64,000 nt of DNA from Azolla caroliniana (lineage: Eukaryota > Plantae > Polypodiophyta): contig JBHGNT010000018.1 of assembly GCA_043228905.1 (NCBI GenBank), forward strand, positions 11,842,001 through 11,906,000, given 5' to 3'. The notes beneath the pieces were generated by a model. The model searched no databases. It was not told the DNA's origin and worked only from the letters and a program-made list of their open reading frames with translations. This document shows positions 38,349 through 52,480 of this stretch, one piece after another (position 1 is the first letter of the stretch; each line of letters starts with the position of its first letter). Made by a program: the position numbers and the translations under genes.

Positions 38349-40360
38349 TTATAATCAAGTTCTCTTCATCCTGTTGCTCCTTCTGACTCAACTCTTCACG
38401 TGGCCCGCTTAGCAGCAATGAGATCGGACTCTCATATAGAGTACTGAGTTCTTCTTCATCAGGATCACTCGACTCACCTTCCAGAATCGGGTCGGAGTCG
38501 GGGATCGAAGTCAGTAGAGAGTTCCAGGATGCCGACTCGTTGAATTCAACATCTCAACTTACTCGTACTTGCTTAGTCCGGCAGTTGTAGCACTTGTACC
38601 CCTTCTGCTTATGAGACTAGCCGACCAATATGCACTTCTCTGACTTTGGGTCCAAATTTCTCCGCTTCCCATCCAGTACATGCTCATAGGCAATGCTACC
38701 GAATACCTTGAGGTGCCTTAAATTCCGCTTCCACCTGAAATACAGCTCATGTGCTGACACCTTATCCCCAATCCGGTTTTGGATGTAGATGGCCATCTGA
38801 ACTGCTTCGGCCCAATAGAACTTGTCATGCTCTTCTCCTCCAGCATCGTCCGTGCCCCCTCCACAATCGACCGGTTCTTCCTTTTGGCCACACCGTATTG
38901 TTCCGGATTATATCTACAACTGAATTCCCTTGGAATTTCTTTCTGCTGTAGATAATTATTGAATTGGCCAGAAAAGTATTTTCTTCTGCCATACAACCAC
39001 AAGCACGTGATATTTCTCTCCGTTTCCCATTCGACAATACTTTGTAGGTTTCGGAAATAGTCAAAGACCTCGCTTTTCTTCTCGATGAGATAGATCCACA
39101 TGTGCCAACTATAGTCGTCGATGAAGGAGACGAAATATCAGCTCCCGCCAAGACTAACATTCTCTATCGGTCCCCATACATCCCAATGGATTAAGTCAAG
39201 TTTGTTACAACTCCAGTTTCTTTTGGTGGGGAATGGAAGCTGGTGTTGCTTCCCGAGTTGGCAGGCTTCACAAATTCGAGCATTCCAACCACTAAATTTT
39301 GGCACCCTTGCATAATGATCCGGTCCTCTTTTTCAATGAAGAACTCAAAATGCGTAAACCACACCTACATTTCGTGGTCGACGATTAGTCCGACCGACAC
39401 CAGGTTCTTCATGATTGTTGGAACATGTAAAAAATTTATTACCTTTCCCCTTTTCCCGACATGGCTTAAAGGGACTTCTCCGACATGCACATCGGGTGAG
39501 GAGTGTCGTTTCCGGTTTTGACAACTCCTGGTTGCTCTAGTTTTTCTAGATACGAGAACCAATCTTCGTGGTTTGTCATGTGGTTCGATGCTTTGGAGTC
39601 AACGTACCACACTTCCTCCGATGTGGAAGTGGTCTCCTTGATCAAGTTCTCCTTGTGCTTCATTTTTCGGTGTTACCAGTTCTGGATCCTTCCGATCCTT
39701 CTGCATTGTGCGAGCTTTGCCGGTTCCCTTGTTCAGTATTGCTGGATCTAGATTTATCCGAATCGGCGCACTTCTTCCAACACTCGCCTTTCTTGCCACA
39801 TTACCAACATTCCGTATCGCCCTTCGATTAATTATTTCTAGTGCCGCCTTGACTCCTCCTACTTGTGGATGGTTTAGAACTATTGTCGTCACTGTCTTTA
39901 TGCCTCCCATTCTGCGCTTGCCAGATGCTGCTATTGCCGACCCACCTCGTCCTCCACGCCAAGGGGCCGATCTGCCTCTATGTATAACATCTAGTTGTCC
40001 TATTAAGTAGTCCTTGACCCACTCGTGTGATTTTCTTTGACCATCAACGTTTATTTCAAGTCGAAGAAGGACAATGGTTTCTCGTGGGTGCAAATTGCTG
40101 TCTAGATTAGCCCGTACCGTTGTGCTAGACCACCGACGCAAATTTGGACCATCTCATCATTGTCCACCATCACATTGATGAACCCTAGTGCGTCGCAGAT
40201 CTCTTTTTATCTTGGTGGTATAATCTATAACTGACATATCTCTCTACCGTATTTTGTTGAGCTCTTGCCGAAGCTGCAACTTACGAGTTGTGGTACTGGC
40301 TGCAAAAATCTTCTTGAGATTTTCCCATGCCTCCATACGCAACTTTGCTTCTCTAAAGTA
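38349..40360 (-). mobile_element. Copia C: fragment (gag to integrase) of a copia A-family relative
   Basis: EEVWYVDSKASNHMT, LHVPTIMKNLVSVG, MWIYLIEKKSEVF. Confidence 0.88.
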
Positions 40361-43091
40361 TCAGAGAAAAGGTGTCGGCACATGAGCTGTATTTTGGAAG
40401 GAAGCCGAATACATGACACTTGAGGGTTTACTGTAGCATCGCGTATGTGCATGTACCGAAGGAGAAGCAGAGGAAGCTGGATGCGAAAGACGAGAAGTGT
40501 ATCTTGGTCGGCTATTCGGACGAACAGAAGGGTTATAAGTGTTATAACCTCCGAACCAAACAAGCTCACATAAGTCGCGATCTCGTGTTCGATGAGTCTG
40601 CATCTTGGTATTTGCCTCCGACTTCGGACCTCAGCTCCAATCTGACTTCTGAAGATGAGGTCAGCGAGGCTGAGATGCCTCCTGATGAATGTGAAGTCGG
40701 AACTCTTGAAGAGATTCCGATCTCATTTCGGCTAAGTGGACTGAATGAGCGACTGAGTCGGTTTGACCAGTCAGATGAAGAGTTGGCGAGTAGTGGATAC
40801 TCGGCCGTGCATTCCCCATGCAGGAAGCCAAAGAGACGGCTTACGTGCAAACAAAAGGGAAAGAAGAAGATGCTGGAGTACGGCATGGATAGGGATGAGT
40901 CGGCCTTCAAGAGTGAAGTCCGCATCAGGCAGAATGGCCTCACCATCGGCTAATGAGCAATTATGCCGATTTACCCGCTAGGAGAACCCTGTTGTGTCGT
41001 TCGGATACGAGTACATAGCGCATCACTATGCGTACATGACACATGTAGCGGAACTGCGTGAGTCGGAGAGCTACATAGAAGCCGAAAAGGACGCAAATTG
41101 GCATGCCGCCATGGAGGCAAAGATGAATGCCCTTGTGGAGAAACCTGGGACATTGTGGACGCCCCCAAGGGTGTAAAGCCGATTTGATGCAAGTGGGTGT
41201 ACAAGGTCAAGTACAACATTGACAGCTCGGTCACCCGATACATGTTATTCTCTGACCGGACAAGGCCTAACACAAGGTGTCACGGAGACACTTCACCAAA
41301 GGGTGGTTACGGCATAGGATTAAGATTCGACGATTCCACCGACTTATGTAGGTTACACGATTATATCGCTTTTGTTAATTACACGCGTAAGATATAACAG
41401 TAAGTACAGAACGGAAATCAACACAGAAGTATAAATACCATATGCTCTATTAATTATCCGCTGCGATTACAATGGGGTCCGGGCCTTTAAATAGGTTTCC
41501 GGCCCGTAGTACAAAACGGTGCCTATCGCACCTATTCGGGATCCGTCCAGATCTGGAACGGCATACCGTTTCCAGTCCGTCCGTCCACACTATGCTTATT
41601 TACAACTATACTTAATTAATTCCTTCACTCCGTATTTTGGACTCCTTGCCGGCCGGTAACAATACAAGGCCCGGTTAGTAGCAAAAGGCTACACGCAGCA
41701 ACATGGCATCGATTACGATCAAATGTTTGCGTTGGTCGCAAAGATGACGACCGTCCATGTTTTGCTTGCGGTAGCTGCGGCAAAGGGGTGTTACTTACAT
41801 CAGATGGATGTAAAGAATGCGTTCCTGCAAGGCGAGCTTGAGCAACAAGTGTACATGGTACAACCCCCTGAATTTCATTCCGGAACGAACACTTTGGCAG
41901 TATGCCAATTGAGGAAGTCCCTTTACGGACTAAAGCAAGACCCATGTGCCTGGAATGCAAAGATCACACAATGATTGTGTCGGATGGGATTTGCGACGTC
42001 CAAATGGGACTCTTCATTGTTCGTCCGGCAAGGTTGACTTGGGTTGGTTAGTATTTTACTTTATGTTTATGACTTGGTCATCACTGGTGTCGATCTAGGT
42101 GAAATTGACTATGTAAAGCTCCATCTTGCGGCATCATTTGATATGAAGGACCTGGGGGACCTTCATTACTTTCTCGGGATCGAAGTGATCCGCACCCCCG
42201 AAGGCATACTGATCAGCCAACGACATTATGTGCTGAGTATGCTCTTCAAGTTCGGGATGGTGGACTTTAAGTCTGTCTCAACTCTTCTTGATAGAACTGT
42301 GAAGCTTCATCCCAACTTCGGAAAGGTCTCCGACCCGAAAAGGTCTCGACAGATTGTCGGAAGCCTCATATACTTGACTATCACCTAGCCGGACCTCAGC
42401 TACCCAGTCAGCTTCATTAGTCAGTACATGGCAAGGCCAACTGAGGAGCACTTGCCGTGTGCACAACACGTACTTAGGTACATCAGTGGCACTAAGGACC
42501 GGGGGCATCAGAAGAGGCGCCAACTTCGTGACAACAAGGGAGTTGGAAAAGGTTGCACGATCAGACAAACCAACCATAAGGGTCGAGGTGCGAGGAATCG
42601 AACTCGTCGAGGAGCGTGAGCGAGGCATGAAGCCAAGAGAAACCGGAGCGAAGGACTGGAAGAGCCTCAAGTTGAGCTTGAGGGGGGGGTGTTGAGATAC
42701 AAGCTCAACATTTGCTGTAAACCGGTGCATAAACCGGTGCGTAAACTGGTGCGCAAACCAATGCGCAACAAGAGGTTGGATCGGTGCGGAAACCGGGAGG
42801 CCGTTGAATAGATATTCCACGAGGGAATATATTTGGGAGTTAGTGTAGGAGCTCAATTATGAGCATTGAAGTACGTGTCAGTACTTCTGTTAGTTCGTAT
42901 GGACTTGTATAAAAGTGCTCCTTGAGCACATCCTATGTATAGAGTTTACACATTTTTTGAACTTGGTTTTTTCTGTGCGTTTTTCCTCTTTTTCTCTCCC
43001 GCGTACATTGTGTCTTAAGCTCTCCATTAAGCCTGTGTTTTCTCCGTCGGTATTCTGTGTTTCGTATAGCTTCCGCACGTAACATTTCACA
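40361..43091 (+). mobile_element. Copia D: 3' part of a copia A-family element; RNase H deleted near 42505; 3' LTR at 42690-43091
   Basis: Integrase C-terminus, RT fragments, PPT TTGAGCTTGAGGGGGGGG, TG...CA LTR. Confidence 0.9.
41243..41661 (-). mobile_element. Solo LTR of the gypsy A family inserted in the copia D RT
   Basis: TG...CA termini; perfect TSD ATACA; similar to 24395-24837 in reverse complement. Confidence 0.92.
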
Positions 43092-43817
43092 CGTTCCTTA
43101 CACACCCATGCAGAATGGAGTGGCAGAACGGATCAACCAAACGATCCAAGATGGGGTGACAGAAATGCTCCAACAAACCAGACTAAAACTAGAGTTCTAG
43201 GCCAAAGCATTGCAGACAACAATTTACTTGATAAATCTATCGTCCTCGAAAGCAGTCAACCTCGAAGTGCCACAGGCACTATGGTCAGGAAAATAACCGA
43301 CTTATGATAGACTTCATATATTCGGATGAGAAGCCTATGCATTTATCTCCAAGGAGAAGAGGACCAAGTTGGCACCCCATGCAACAAAATGCATATTTCT
43401 CAGTTATGGAACCGATGGGCAATTCGGCTACAGGCTATGGGACCCAGAGAACCGGAAATTGATCCGGAGCAGTGACGTAGTCTTCAATGAAAACTCTATT
43501 CTCTCTTAACGGAACCAGCAAACAACAATGGCAAAAAGGTCTCTTTCGAAATCGATCGAGATGTCGTAGAAAGATTGACCCACCGGGTTGAATCGGCGAT
43601 TCGACAAACACTCGAACTCGACTAAGCCGACATTACACCAGCCAACCCCGAATCGGGAAGAGGTCCATTAGTAAAAAATGGTCTGACTACTCGATTGACA
43701 AGAATTGACAAAGACAATATGTCCAAGGCAAAAGCTTTCATGTCAATCGATCCCAAAGAAGGGGAGGATGACGTGACACCACTGAAATCCCTCTACAAGG
43801 GTGAGTCATCCAATAGG
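43092..43817 (+). mobile_element. Old Tnt1-like copia integrase fragment
   Basis: Translates as PYTPMQNGVAER...KRTKLAPHATKCIF...FGYRLWDPENRKLIRSSDVVFNE, with stops. Confidence 0.8.
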
Positions 43818-44094
43818 CGGAAGAGAATGGCACAGAATATTGCTCAGCCACAACCGAGTCTTGAATCACTCCAATGAGAATGAAACACAGAAATGGGAAA
43901 TAGAGAGGGAACGCACATACACACACAAAACAATGATAGAGGATACACATTATGTTTTACGTGGAAAAACCTAATAGGGAAAAACCACGGGAGCCCATAG
44001 ACTCCAAACTATCCCTATATAAGAACGGTAAAAAACTGAGACTCGGAGGCAACGACCTGGAGCTCTGTATCTTCGCTAGTCGGCAGTTACAACA

Positions 44095-46337
44095 TGTTGG
44101 GAAATTGGTCCCTCTGGATTGGATCCGGTGATAAATGAAGAGGGCCCGGTGAGAACCAGACGAGATCCGGAAACCGGAGGAGAACCGGTGAGAACCGGAA
44201 GGGAAGACATATCTGTCAGTATGTTTTGAGTAAGCCTATTGAGGCTATATTTGTAAATAGCCCTAAGTTCATATAAGTATAAATATGACTTAGGGAAATC
44301 ACTTTATGTGGTTGTATGTTGTTGTCATATTGTTGTAACTATTGTACAGAGAGAGAGTGTGTGAGATATAGAGCGATACTTTGTTGTACCCACCCCTTGG
44401 CGAAGAAACAGAGCTCAAGGTCGTTGCCTCTGAGTCCCTGATTATACCTTTCTCATATAGTGATAGTTTGGAGTCTGTGGGATCCCGTGGTTTTTTCCAT
44501 TTAGGGTTTTCCATGTAAACATCCTGGGTACTCTCTTTTATGTGTACATCTATTCCCATTTCTATGTTGCACTCTCATCGAAGTGATTCTAGACTCGGTT
44601 GTGGTCGAGTAGTATTCCACGTGTTTCTCTTCAATCTAGTATCAGAGCAAACCACACAGAAAATGGAAGAATCGTTCGGTGGCATGTTCAAGCTCACTGG
44701 CTCCAACTACTCAGTGTGGAAGTCGAAGATGAGGGATATGCTGGTGGTTAAAGATCTTTGGTTGCCGGATCAATTCGGGGACAAGAGACCGGATATGATC
44801 GACACCACAGTGTGGGAGGTAATGCACCTGAAGATGACGGCATACATCCGGTGCTACATCAACATGAGCCTGTACAACAACTTCAATGAAGAAAGTAAGG
44901 CTCATGAACTTTGGGAGAAGATCGGCATCATGTTCCAGAACAAGAATGCCATTAATCGGGTTTCGATATTCTGGGACCTAGTGAGGCTCCGGTACCAGGA
45001 CAACTCTAGTATGGCGGAGCACATGAATGCTTTCCAGGGGCCGATACATCATGCCACCTCGTTGGAAGTACCTCTCGCCGATGAAGGATGTCCGACACGT
45101 TCCGGAGGTTCGACTGAACCTGATATCAACCGATCAGCTAGATGATGAAGGCTACACGGGTAGCATCCGGAACGGAGTCATGAAATTCAGCAAAGGAAGC
45201 CTGGTTGTGGCTCGAGCTCAGAAGATCAACACACTATACTTGATGAATGCCCGGATATGCCGGGAAGAAGTGAGCGTAGCATCCGATAGTGTCGGTGAGT
45301 TCTACCACAAGAGGTTGTGTCATATGAGTGAGAAGGGGATGAGAAGACATGCTGAAGACAACCTCATTCCGGTGAAAGACGTGCAACTTGAGAAGTGCAC
45401 CGATTGCTTGGCCGGCAAGCAAAATTGAACCTCCTTCCAGTCAAGACCACCGATGAGACGGAATGCACCACTGGAGCTGGTGCATACCGATGTGTGTCAA
45501 GTGGACATGAAGTCGCATCCCAGATCGCAGTACTTCGTGACGTTCATAGATGACCACATCCGGAAGCTGTGGGTCTCTCCATTGAAGATGAAGGATCAAG
45601 AGTTATCCATCTTCAAGGAACTCCATGCGAGAGTGGAAAGAGAAACCGATCCGAAGCTGAAGGCGGTTCAAGCAAATAACGGAGGAGAATACTGGGGGCA
45701 GTTCGAGGAATACTACCGGTCGAAGGGAATCCGGCTCGAATTCACCGTGCTAAAGCCGCCGGAACTAAACAGGCTAGCCGAAAGGATGAACCAGACCATA
45801 ATAGAGAGAGTCTGGAGCATGCTCACACATGCCAAGTTACCCAAGACGTTTTGGGCTGAGGTGCTGATGACAACGACCTATGTGATAAACAGATCACCCT
45901 CAGTACCCTTGGACAAAGACTCACCACAGAAAGTGTGGACCGGTAAAGATGTATCTTACCGGCATCTGAAGGTGTTCGGGTGTCTCGCATACATGCATGT
46001 GGCGAAGGACAAGAGAGCAAAGCTAGATCCAAAGTCTTGGCCATGCATATTCCTTGAATATGGCGATGATGAGTTCGGTTACCGGGTGTGGGATCTGGTC
46101 AACAAGAAGGTGTACCGGAGTTGGGACATAGTCTTCATGGAAGACAAGACCATTGCCGAGTGGGAGTCGGAGAAGAAAGTGATGAACTCCAGATCATCCC
46201 ATGAAAACCGGCTTGAGAACACAAGGACTTACCCGGTTGATAACCAGATGTTGGCTGGTAACCGGATGACACTTGACGAACCGGCCGGATACGGACAAGA
46301 AACCGAACTAACCGAAGAAGAGGAAGACACCGGAACC
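44095..46337 (+). mobile_element. Copia E (Tnt1-like, same family as F): 5' LTR 44095-44633, degenerate iMet PBS, gag with deletion, integrase; 3'-truncated
   Basis: MFKLTGSNYSVWK gag start; ORF 45453-46529 with HTDVC...FIDD...LAERMN. Confidence 0.88.
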
Positions 46338-49300
46338 AAACATTTTTATACTTATATGAACTTAGGGCTATTTACAAATATGGCCTCAATAGGTTTACTC
46401 AAAACATATTTACAAATATGTCTTCTCTTCCAGTTCTCACCGGGTCCATCCGATCCAGTTTCCGTATCTCTTTTGGTTCTCACCGGGTCCACCCGATCTA
46501 GTTTCAGGAATTCTTCCGGTTCTCACTAGCTCCTCTTCATTCATAACCGGATCCCATCCGGAGGGACCGATTTCCCAACAGTCTCCCCCTTCACTCTGGC
46601 ATGGGATGTCTCACCAGCCCGATCCGCTTTTGGCACGCGTCGAGCTTGTCGGTTGTTAGCACCTTGGTCAACGTGTCCGACCCATTCTCCTCCGTGTAGA
46701 TCTTCATCAACATGAACTCTTGATCTTCTACTCTCTCCCGGATCCAATGGTACCGTTGTTGGATATGTTTCGTCCGAGAATGGTAGGTCGTGTTCTTTGC
46801 AAGGTGGATGGCACTTTGACTGTCGCAGTAGAGTCAGTATTCCTCCTGTTAGATTCCTAGCTCTCCAATGAAGTTCTTCATCAAGATTATCTCCTTGCAG
46901 GCTTCTACAGCTGCCATGTACTCCTCCTCCATGGTTGACAACGCAACCGTCTTCTGCAGCCTCGACTGCCACGAAACTGCTCCCCCTACATAAGTCATGA
47001 CATATTTGGATGTAGACCGGCTAGTATCCGGATCAGACGACATATCCGAATCCGTCAATCCGTCAATTTGGGGATTACCGGAGCCGAACCGGAGGCACAT
47101 ACTCGAGGTGCCTTTCAGATACCGGAGTATCCACTTGACCGCGTTCCAATGCTCTCTTCCGAGATTGTTCATGAAACGGCTTACCACTCCAACTACATAT
47201 CCAATGTCCGGCCGGGTACATACCATCGCGTACATCAAGCTTCCGACGGCAAAGGCATATGGTATCTTCATCATATCCATCTTCTCTGCCTCTGTCCTCA
47301 GACTTTGTTTTCTGGATAGCTTGCAGTTTTCCGGAAGTGTCGATCCGACCGGCTTCGCCTCCGACATGTTGAACTGTTGAAGCACCTTTGTCACGTACTT
47401 CTCCTGTGACAACCACAACAACTTCTTCGACCGGTCCCCGATGATGTGCATTCCCAATATCTGTCTTGCTGGACCCAAGTCTCTCATTGAGAAGGTCCGG
47501 TTCAGAGCCTTCTTCAGCATCCAAATCTTGCCTTGGTCTTGTCCGACGATAAGCATATCATCCACATATAGGAGGAGTATCAAGAAATCTCCTCCGTCAA
47601 ATTTCTTCACAAACACATAGTGATCGGCTTGTGTCTTGTGGTACCCTTGGTTGGTCATGAAGGAGTCGAACTTCCAATACCATTGCCGGGGGGCTTGCTT
47701 CAGTCTGTATAAGCTCTTCTTCAGTCGGCACACCTGATGCTCCTTCCCTTTTTTCTCAAATCCTTCCGGTTTATGCATGTAGATCTCCTCTTCGAGGTCA
47801 CCATGGAGGAATGTTGTCTTGACGTCCAGTTGCCCTACCTCGAGGTCCATGCTTGCCGCTATGCTGAGCACCATCCGGATGGAAGTCATCCTAACTACCG
47901 GGGATAAAATCTCATCAAAATCCACTCCTTTCTTCTATTTGAACCCCTTCACCACGATCCAGGCTTTGTATCTCGATGGATTTCTAGCATCTCCCAGTTT
48001 TAGCTTGTACACCCACTTGTTCCGGAGTGCCCTCGTTCCTTTCAGCAACTCCGTCAGTTCATACGTGTGGTTCTCATGCAGGGAATCCATCTCGCCCTAC
48101 AAGGCACTCAACCACTTGCAGTTGTGGGTGTCTTTCTTTGCTTCTTCGAAGCTTTCTGGCTCCCCCTCATCGGCTAGCAACACATGCTCTTCATCCGGAA
48201 ATCTCCGGGGGGCTCTTCTCTCTCGGAGAGGATATCCCCATCCCTGGTTTCTGACCACCAGTTCCTCCGTTTGTTCCTCATCCTCATCCGATTCGGGATC
48301 TTGTCCAGTTCTAGTGTCTTCTTCTTCTTCATCTTCGGTCGGTTCAGTTTCTTCTCCGTATCTGGCTGGTTCGTCGAGTGTCATCCAGTTACCGGCCAAC
48401 ATCCAGTTTTCAACTGAGTAGGTCTATGTGTCCTCATGCTGGTTTTCATTGGATGATCCAGAGTTGATCATCTTCTTCTCCGACTCCCAATCGGCAATGG
48501 TCCTATCTTCCATGAAGACTATGTCCCAACTCCAGAACACCTTCTTGTCGGTGAAATCCCACACCTGGTAACCGAACTCCTCATCGCCGTATCTAAGGAA
48601 TATGCATGGCCGGGACTTTGGATCCAGCTTTGCTCTCTTGTCCTTTGCAACATGCACATATGCGAGACACCCGAACGCCTTCAAATGCCAGTAAGATAAA
48701 TCTTTACCGGTCCATGCTTTCTGAGGTGAGTCTCCTTCCAAGGGTGCTGAGGGTGATCTATTTATCACATAGGTCGCCATCGTCAGCGGCGCAGCCCAAA
48801 ATGTCTTGGGTAACTTTGCATGTGCCAGCATGCTACGAACACTCTCCATCACGGTCCGGTTCATCCATTTGGCTAGCCCGTTCGATTCCGGCATCTTTGG
48901 CATGGTGAATTCGAGCCGGATTCCCTTCGACCGAAAGTACTCCTCGAATTGCCCCCGGTATTCTCCTCTATTGTCCGCTTGAATTGCCTAAAGCTTCTGC
49001 CCGGTTCACTCTTGTGTGGAGCTCCTTGAAGACGGATAACACTTGATCCTTTGTCTTCAATGGTGTGACCCACAGCTTCCGGTTGTGCTCATCTATGAAC
49101 GTCATGAAGTATTGTGATCTGGCATGTGACTTCGTGTCTAGTTGACACGCATCGGTATGCACCAGCTCCAGTGGTCCATTCTGTCTCATCACTGTTCTTG
49201 ACCGGAAAGAGGTTCGGTTTTGTTTGCCAGCCAAGCAATCGGTGCACTTCTCAAGTTGCACGTCCTTCATCGGAATAAGATTGTCTTCGGCAAGCCTCGT

Positions 49301-52300
49301 CATCCCCTTCTCACTCATGTGACACGATCTTTTGTGCCACAGCTCATCGGTAGTGTCGGATGCTACGTTCACTTCTTCCTGGCATATCCGGGCATGCATC
49401 AGATATAGTGTTGAGAGACACGCTCAACATTCGGTGCGAAGTACGCAGTGTAACCCAGTGCGTAGACTGGGTGCATGAAAAAGTACACACGATAGGGCCG
49501 CATCGGTGTGAAAACCGAAGAGGACGTTAGAGCGTTGTTCCGTGTAGAGGAATATTTTTGGGAGTTTGTGTAGCGGCTCATTTATGAGCGTCAAGTACTG
49601 TCAGTACTTGTGTCAGCCCGATTGTCTGGGCTTGTATAAAAGGTGCTCACTGAGCACGGTGTATGTACACAAAACATAGAGAGTCATTACTTTGAATCTA
49701 GTATTTTTTTTGTCTTGGTGGCTTGGCGTCAAAGTTCGGACCTTTCTGAACAGCAGTTTGCACGAGGGAGATTACGCCTTCGTTTTTCGAGCTTCAGTCA
49801 ATGTTGCTCGTAGAAGAAAACCACGTGGGTGCTTCGATGAGTACGCACGCCGACAACAAGATGTTGTACACAGAGGAAGATAGGCCCCATGGTTGTGGTG
49901 GACAAGGCGGATCGGCGCACAATGGAGGTGGCCGACAAGAGCAAAACAAGCGGCATAATCGAAATACCGATAGCAATTCTGGACCCTCCACAAGCAGGGG
50001 GAGTCATGGCGGTGCCGGAAGCCGGCAAGAGAAGGCCGCATCGGAATGCTGGTATTGTGGCAAGAAAAGCCAGAAGGAGAGCAGGTGCTAGATAAAGTGA
50101 GCCGATTCGGACAAAGCCGGATCGAGCCGAAGAGATGCCGAGAGGCGTCAGAGATTGCACTATGCAGAAGGCTCTAAACGAGCCGAAAACAAATCGGGCC
50201 CAACCTTCGTAATGAAGCATAAGGCCAATTCTATGGCCGTGAACACCTCAAAATCAAGCGAGGTGTGATATGTTGATTCCGGAGCGTCAAATCATCTCAT
50301 GAGTCACGAGGAATGGTTCTTGTACTTGGAGAAATTGTAATCGCAAGGAGTGGTCAAAATGGGAGACGACACTCCGCATACCATCGAACATGTCAGAGAA
50401 GTTCCCCTCAACCACGTCGGGCTGAAAGGGAAATTGATGAACGTATTGCACGTCCCGACAATAACCAAGAACCTTGTGTCGGTCGGACAGATCGTCGACC
50501 AAGATATGCAAGTTCAATTCACGCACCTCGGTTGCTTCATAGAAGAAGAAGGCAAAGTGATCGCACAAGGGTTTCGTGTAGGGAGAATGCTTATCCTTGA
50601 CACTAATTAAGCCAGCACCACATTGTACGCAAAAGGACAAAAGGTCGAATCGGATATCGACCTGTGGCCACGTAAATTTCCCACGGCTTCGTGAGATGCA
50701 GACGAAGAACATTGTTTTCGGCTTACCGAAATTTCGGGGCCGTAATGGCCAAGTCTATGAAGCTTGTCAGATGGGAAAACAACACCGACTTCCATTCCCC
50801 AATGAGTGTAATCGTAGTCGCAGTCCATTGGATTTGATCCATTCGGATGTGTGGGGTCCGGTATCGTGGAAATACGACGAGGATACGTGAACTTGAGGCA
50901 GGACCCCGGGGCCTCCGACCGGAAGATATCAGGCTCGTGCGTTTATATTTTTAACAATTAACGGAAATAAGAAATTTAATAATTTTCATTAACAAATGAA
51001 AAGAAATTACAATATGTCCCAAGATTGGGATTCAGAAGTTTAGGTTTACTAAGTTTAATATAAAAGAAAAATTAGGGGTTTTTGAGAGATATGGCTTCCG
51101 TAGGGAAAATTAGGGCTTTTTAGTGTTATGGCTTCCATAGGGAAAATTAGGGTTTTTGAGTGTTATGGCTTCCATAGGGAAATTTAGGGTTTTTGGCTTC
51201 CGTAAGGAAATTAGAGGTTATGAGAGATATGGCTTCCGTAGGGAATTTAGGGTTTATGAGACTTATGGCTTCCCGAAGATAAAGGAGTTGAGAAGGAAAA
51301 GAAAAATTAAAAATATGGAGAGAGAGTCAGATGTGTAAAAAAAATGGAATACATATAGAGTTCCCCGTTAATCATATGCCTCCACTTTTTGTTGCATGGC
51401 CTCTACTTTTAGTTGCATAGCTTTTTCTTTTAGTTGCATCTATTTTTAGTTGCATGCGACGGTCCACATGACCTTTATTTTAGTTTTTTTCACTTCACTT
51501 TAATTAGCCACATGATCCTTTTATCCGTTCGGTTTGCGTCCAGCCTCGTCCGGTCGCCGATTGTCACCGCCGGTTCCGATTTTCTTACCGGCCGGTTTCC
51601 GGTTTTGCTTACCGGCCCTGTTCCAATTTTGCTTACTGGCCCCATTCCGGATTGCTTACCGACCGGTTCCAGATTGCTTCCCGGCCCGGTTTCGGTTTGC
51701 TTCCCGGTCGGTTTCGGTTTTGCTTACCGACCGGTTCCAAATTGCTTACCAGCCAGTTTCCGGTTACTAGCCGGTTTCGGATTGCTTACCGGCCCGGTTA
51801 TGGTTTGCTTCCCATCCGATTCTGGTTTGCTTCCCGGCCGGTTTCCGATTTTGCTTACCGGCCGGTTTCCAATTTTTGGGAACTTAGCCACCATCATCCA
51901 TCAAGACAAAGTGGCCAAAGTGCTCTTAGCACAAATAAAAATAACGGGTCTCAAAGTGCTTATATAGCCAGGGCCTTAGGTTTCCTATCTATGTGGGATA
52001 AATCATAGTTCTTTTTTTTCCCGGTCTTCTCAAACATCCATCTTTCTATAACATGCCATTAAGCTAATATAAAGTACTTATTTTATTATTTATTATTATT
52101 TTTTACATAGTGTGAGAAGATTCACACGACATTCACCCCCACCAAACCTGCACATCCACCGGTATGTGCCAATTGTGTTATTGAGTTGCATCCTCCTAGT
52201 TGAAATCTTTAATCCTTGTCCTAATATTTTCTTTCCTTCATAAGCTAACTATCTATGATAGAGATTGACCTTGAACCAACTCGTTGGCTCCTTATCTCGC

Positions 52301-52480
52301 TTCTTCCAATGCCACCATGACCATTCTTTCCACCATAACCATGGAGACCATCCAAACCACCAAATCGTTCGTCTGAGCTTCGCACTGCCACATTTGGTTT
52401 TCATGTCCTCTTCTGCCTTCCCGAAGCATAACCCTTCATGCATCATGCATGTGCTGCCTTCATTTCGACCATCGTCATAG

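Noticed and set aside
38349-43091. Simple inversion of a single copia element
   Set aside because: Both arms contain the same integrase segment in diverged form, so they are two copies
51070-51260. Interstitial telomere
   Set aside because: TAGGGTTT occurs once per 33-bp unit, not as tandem TTTAGGG
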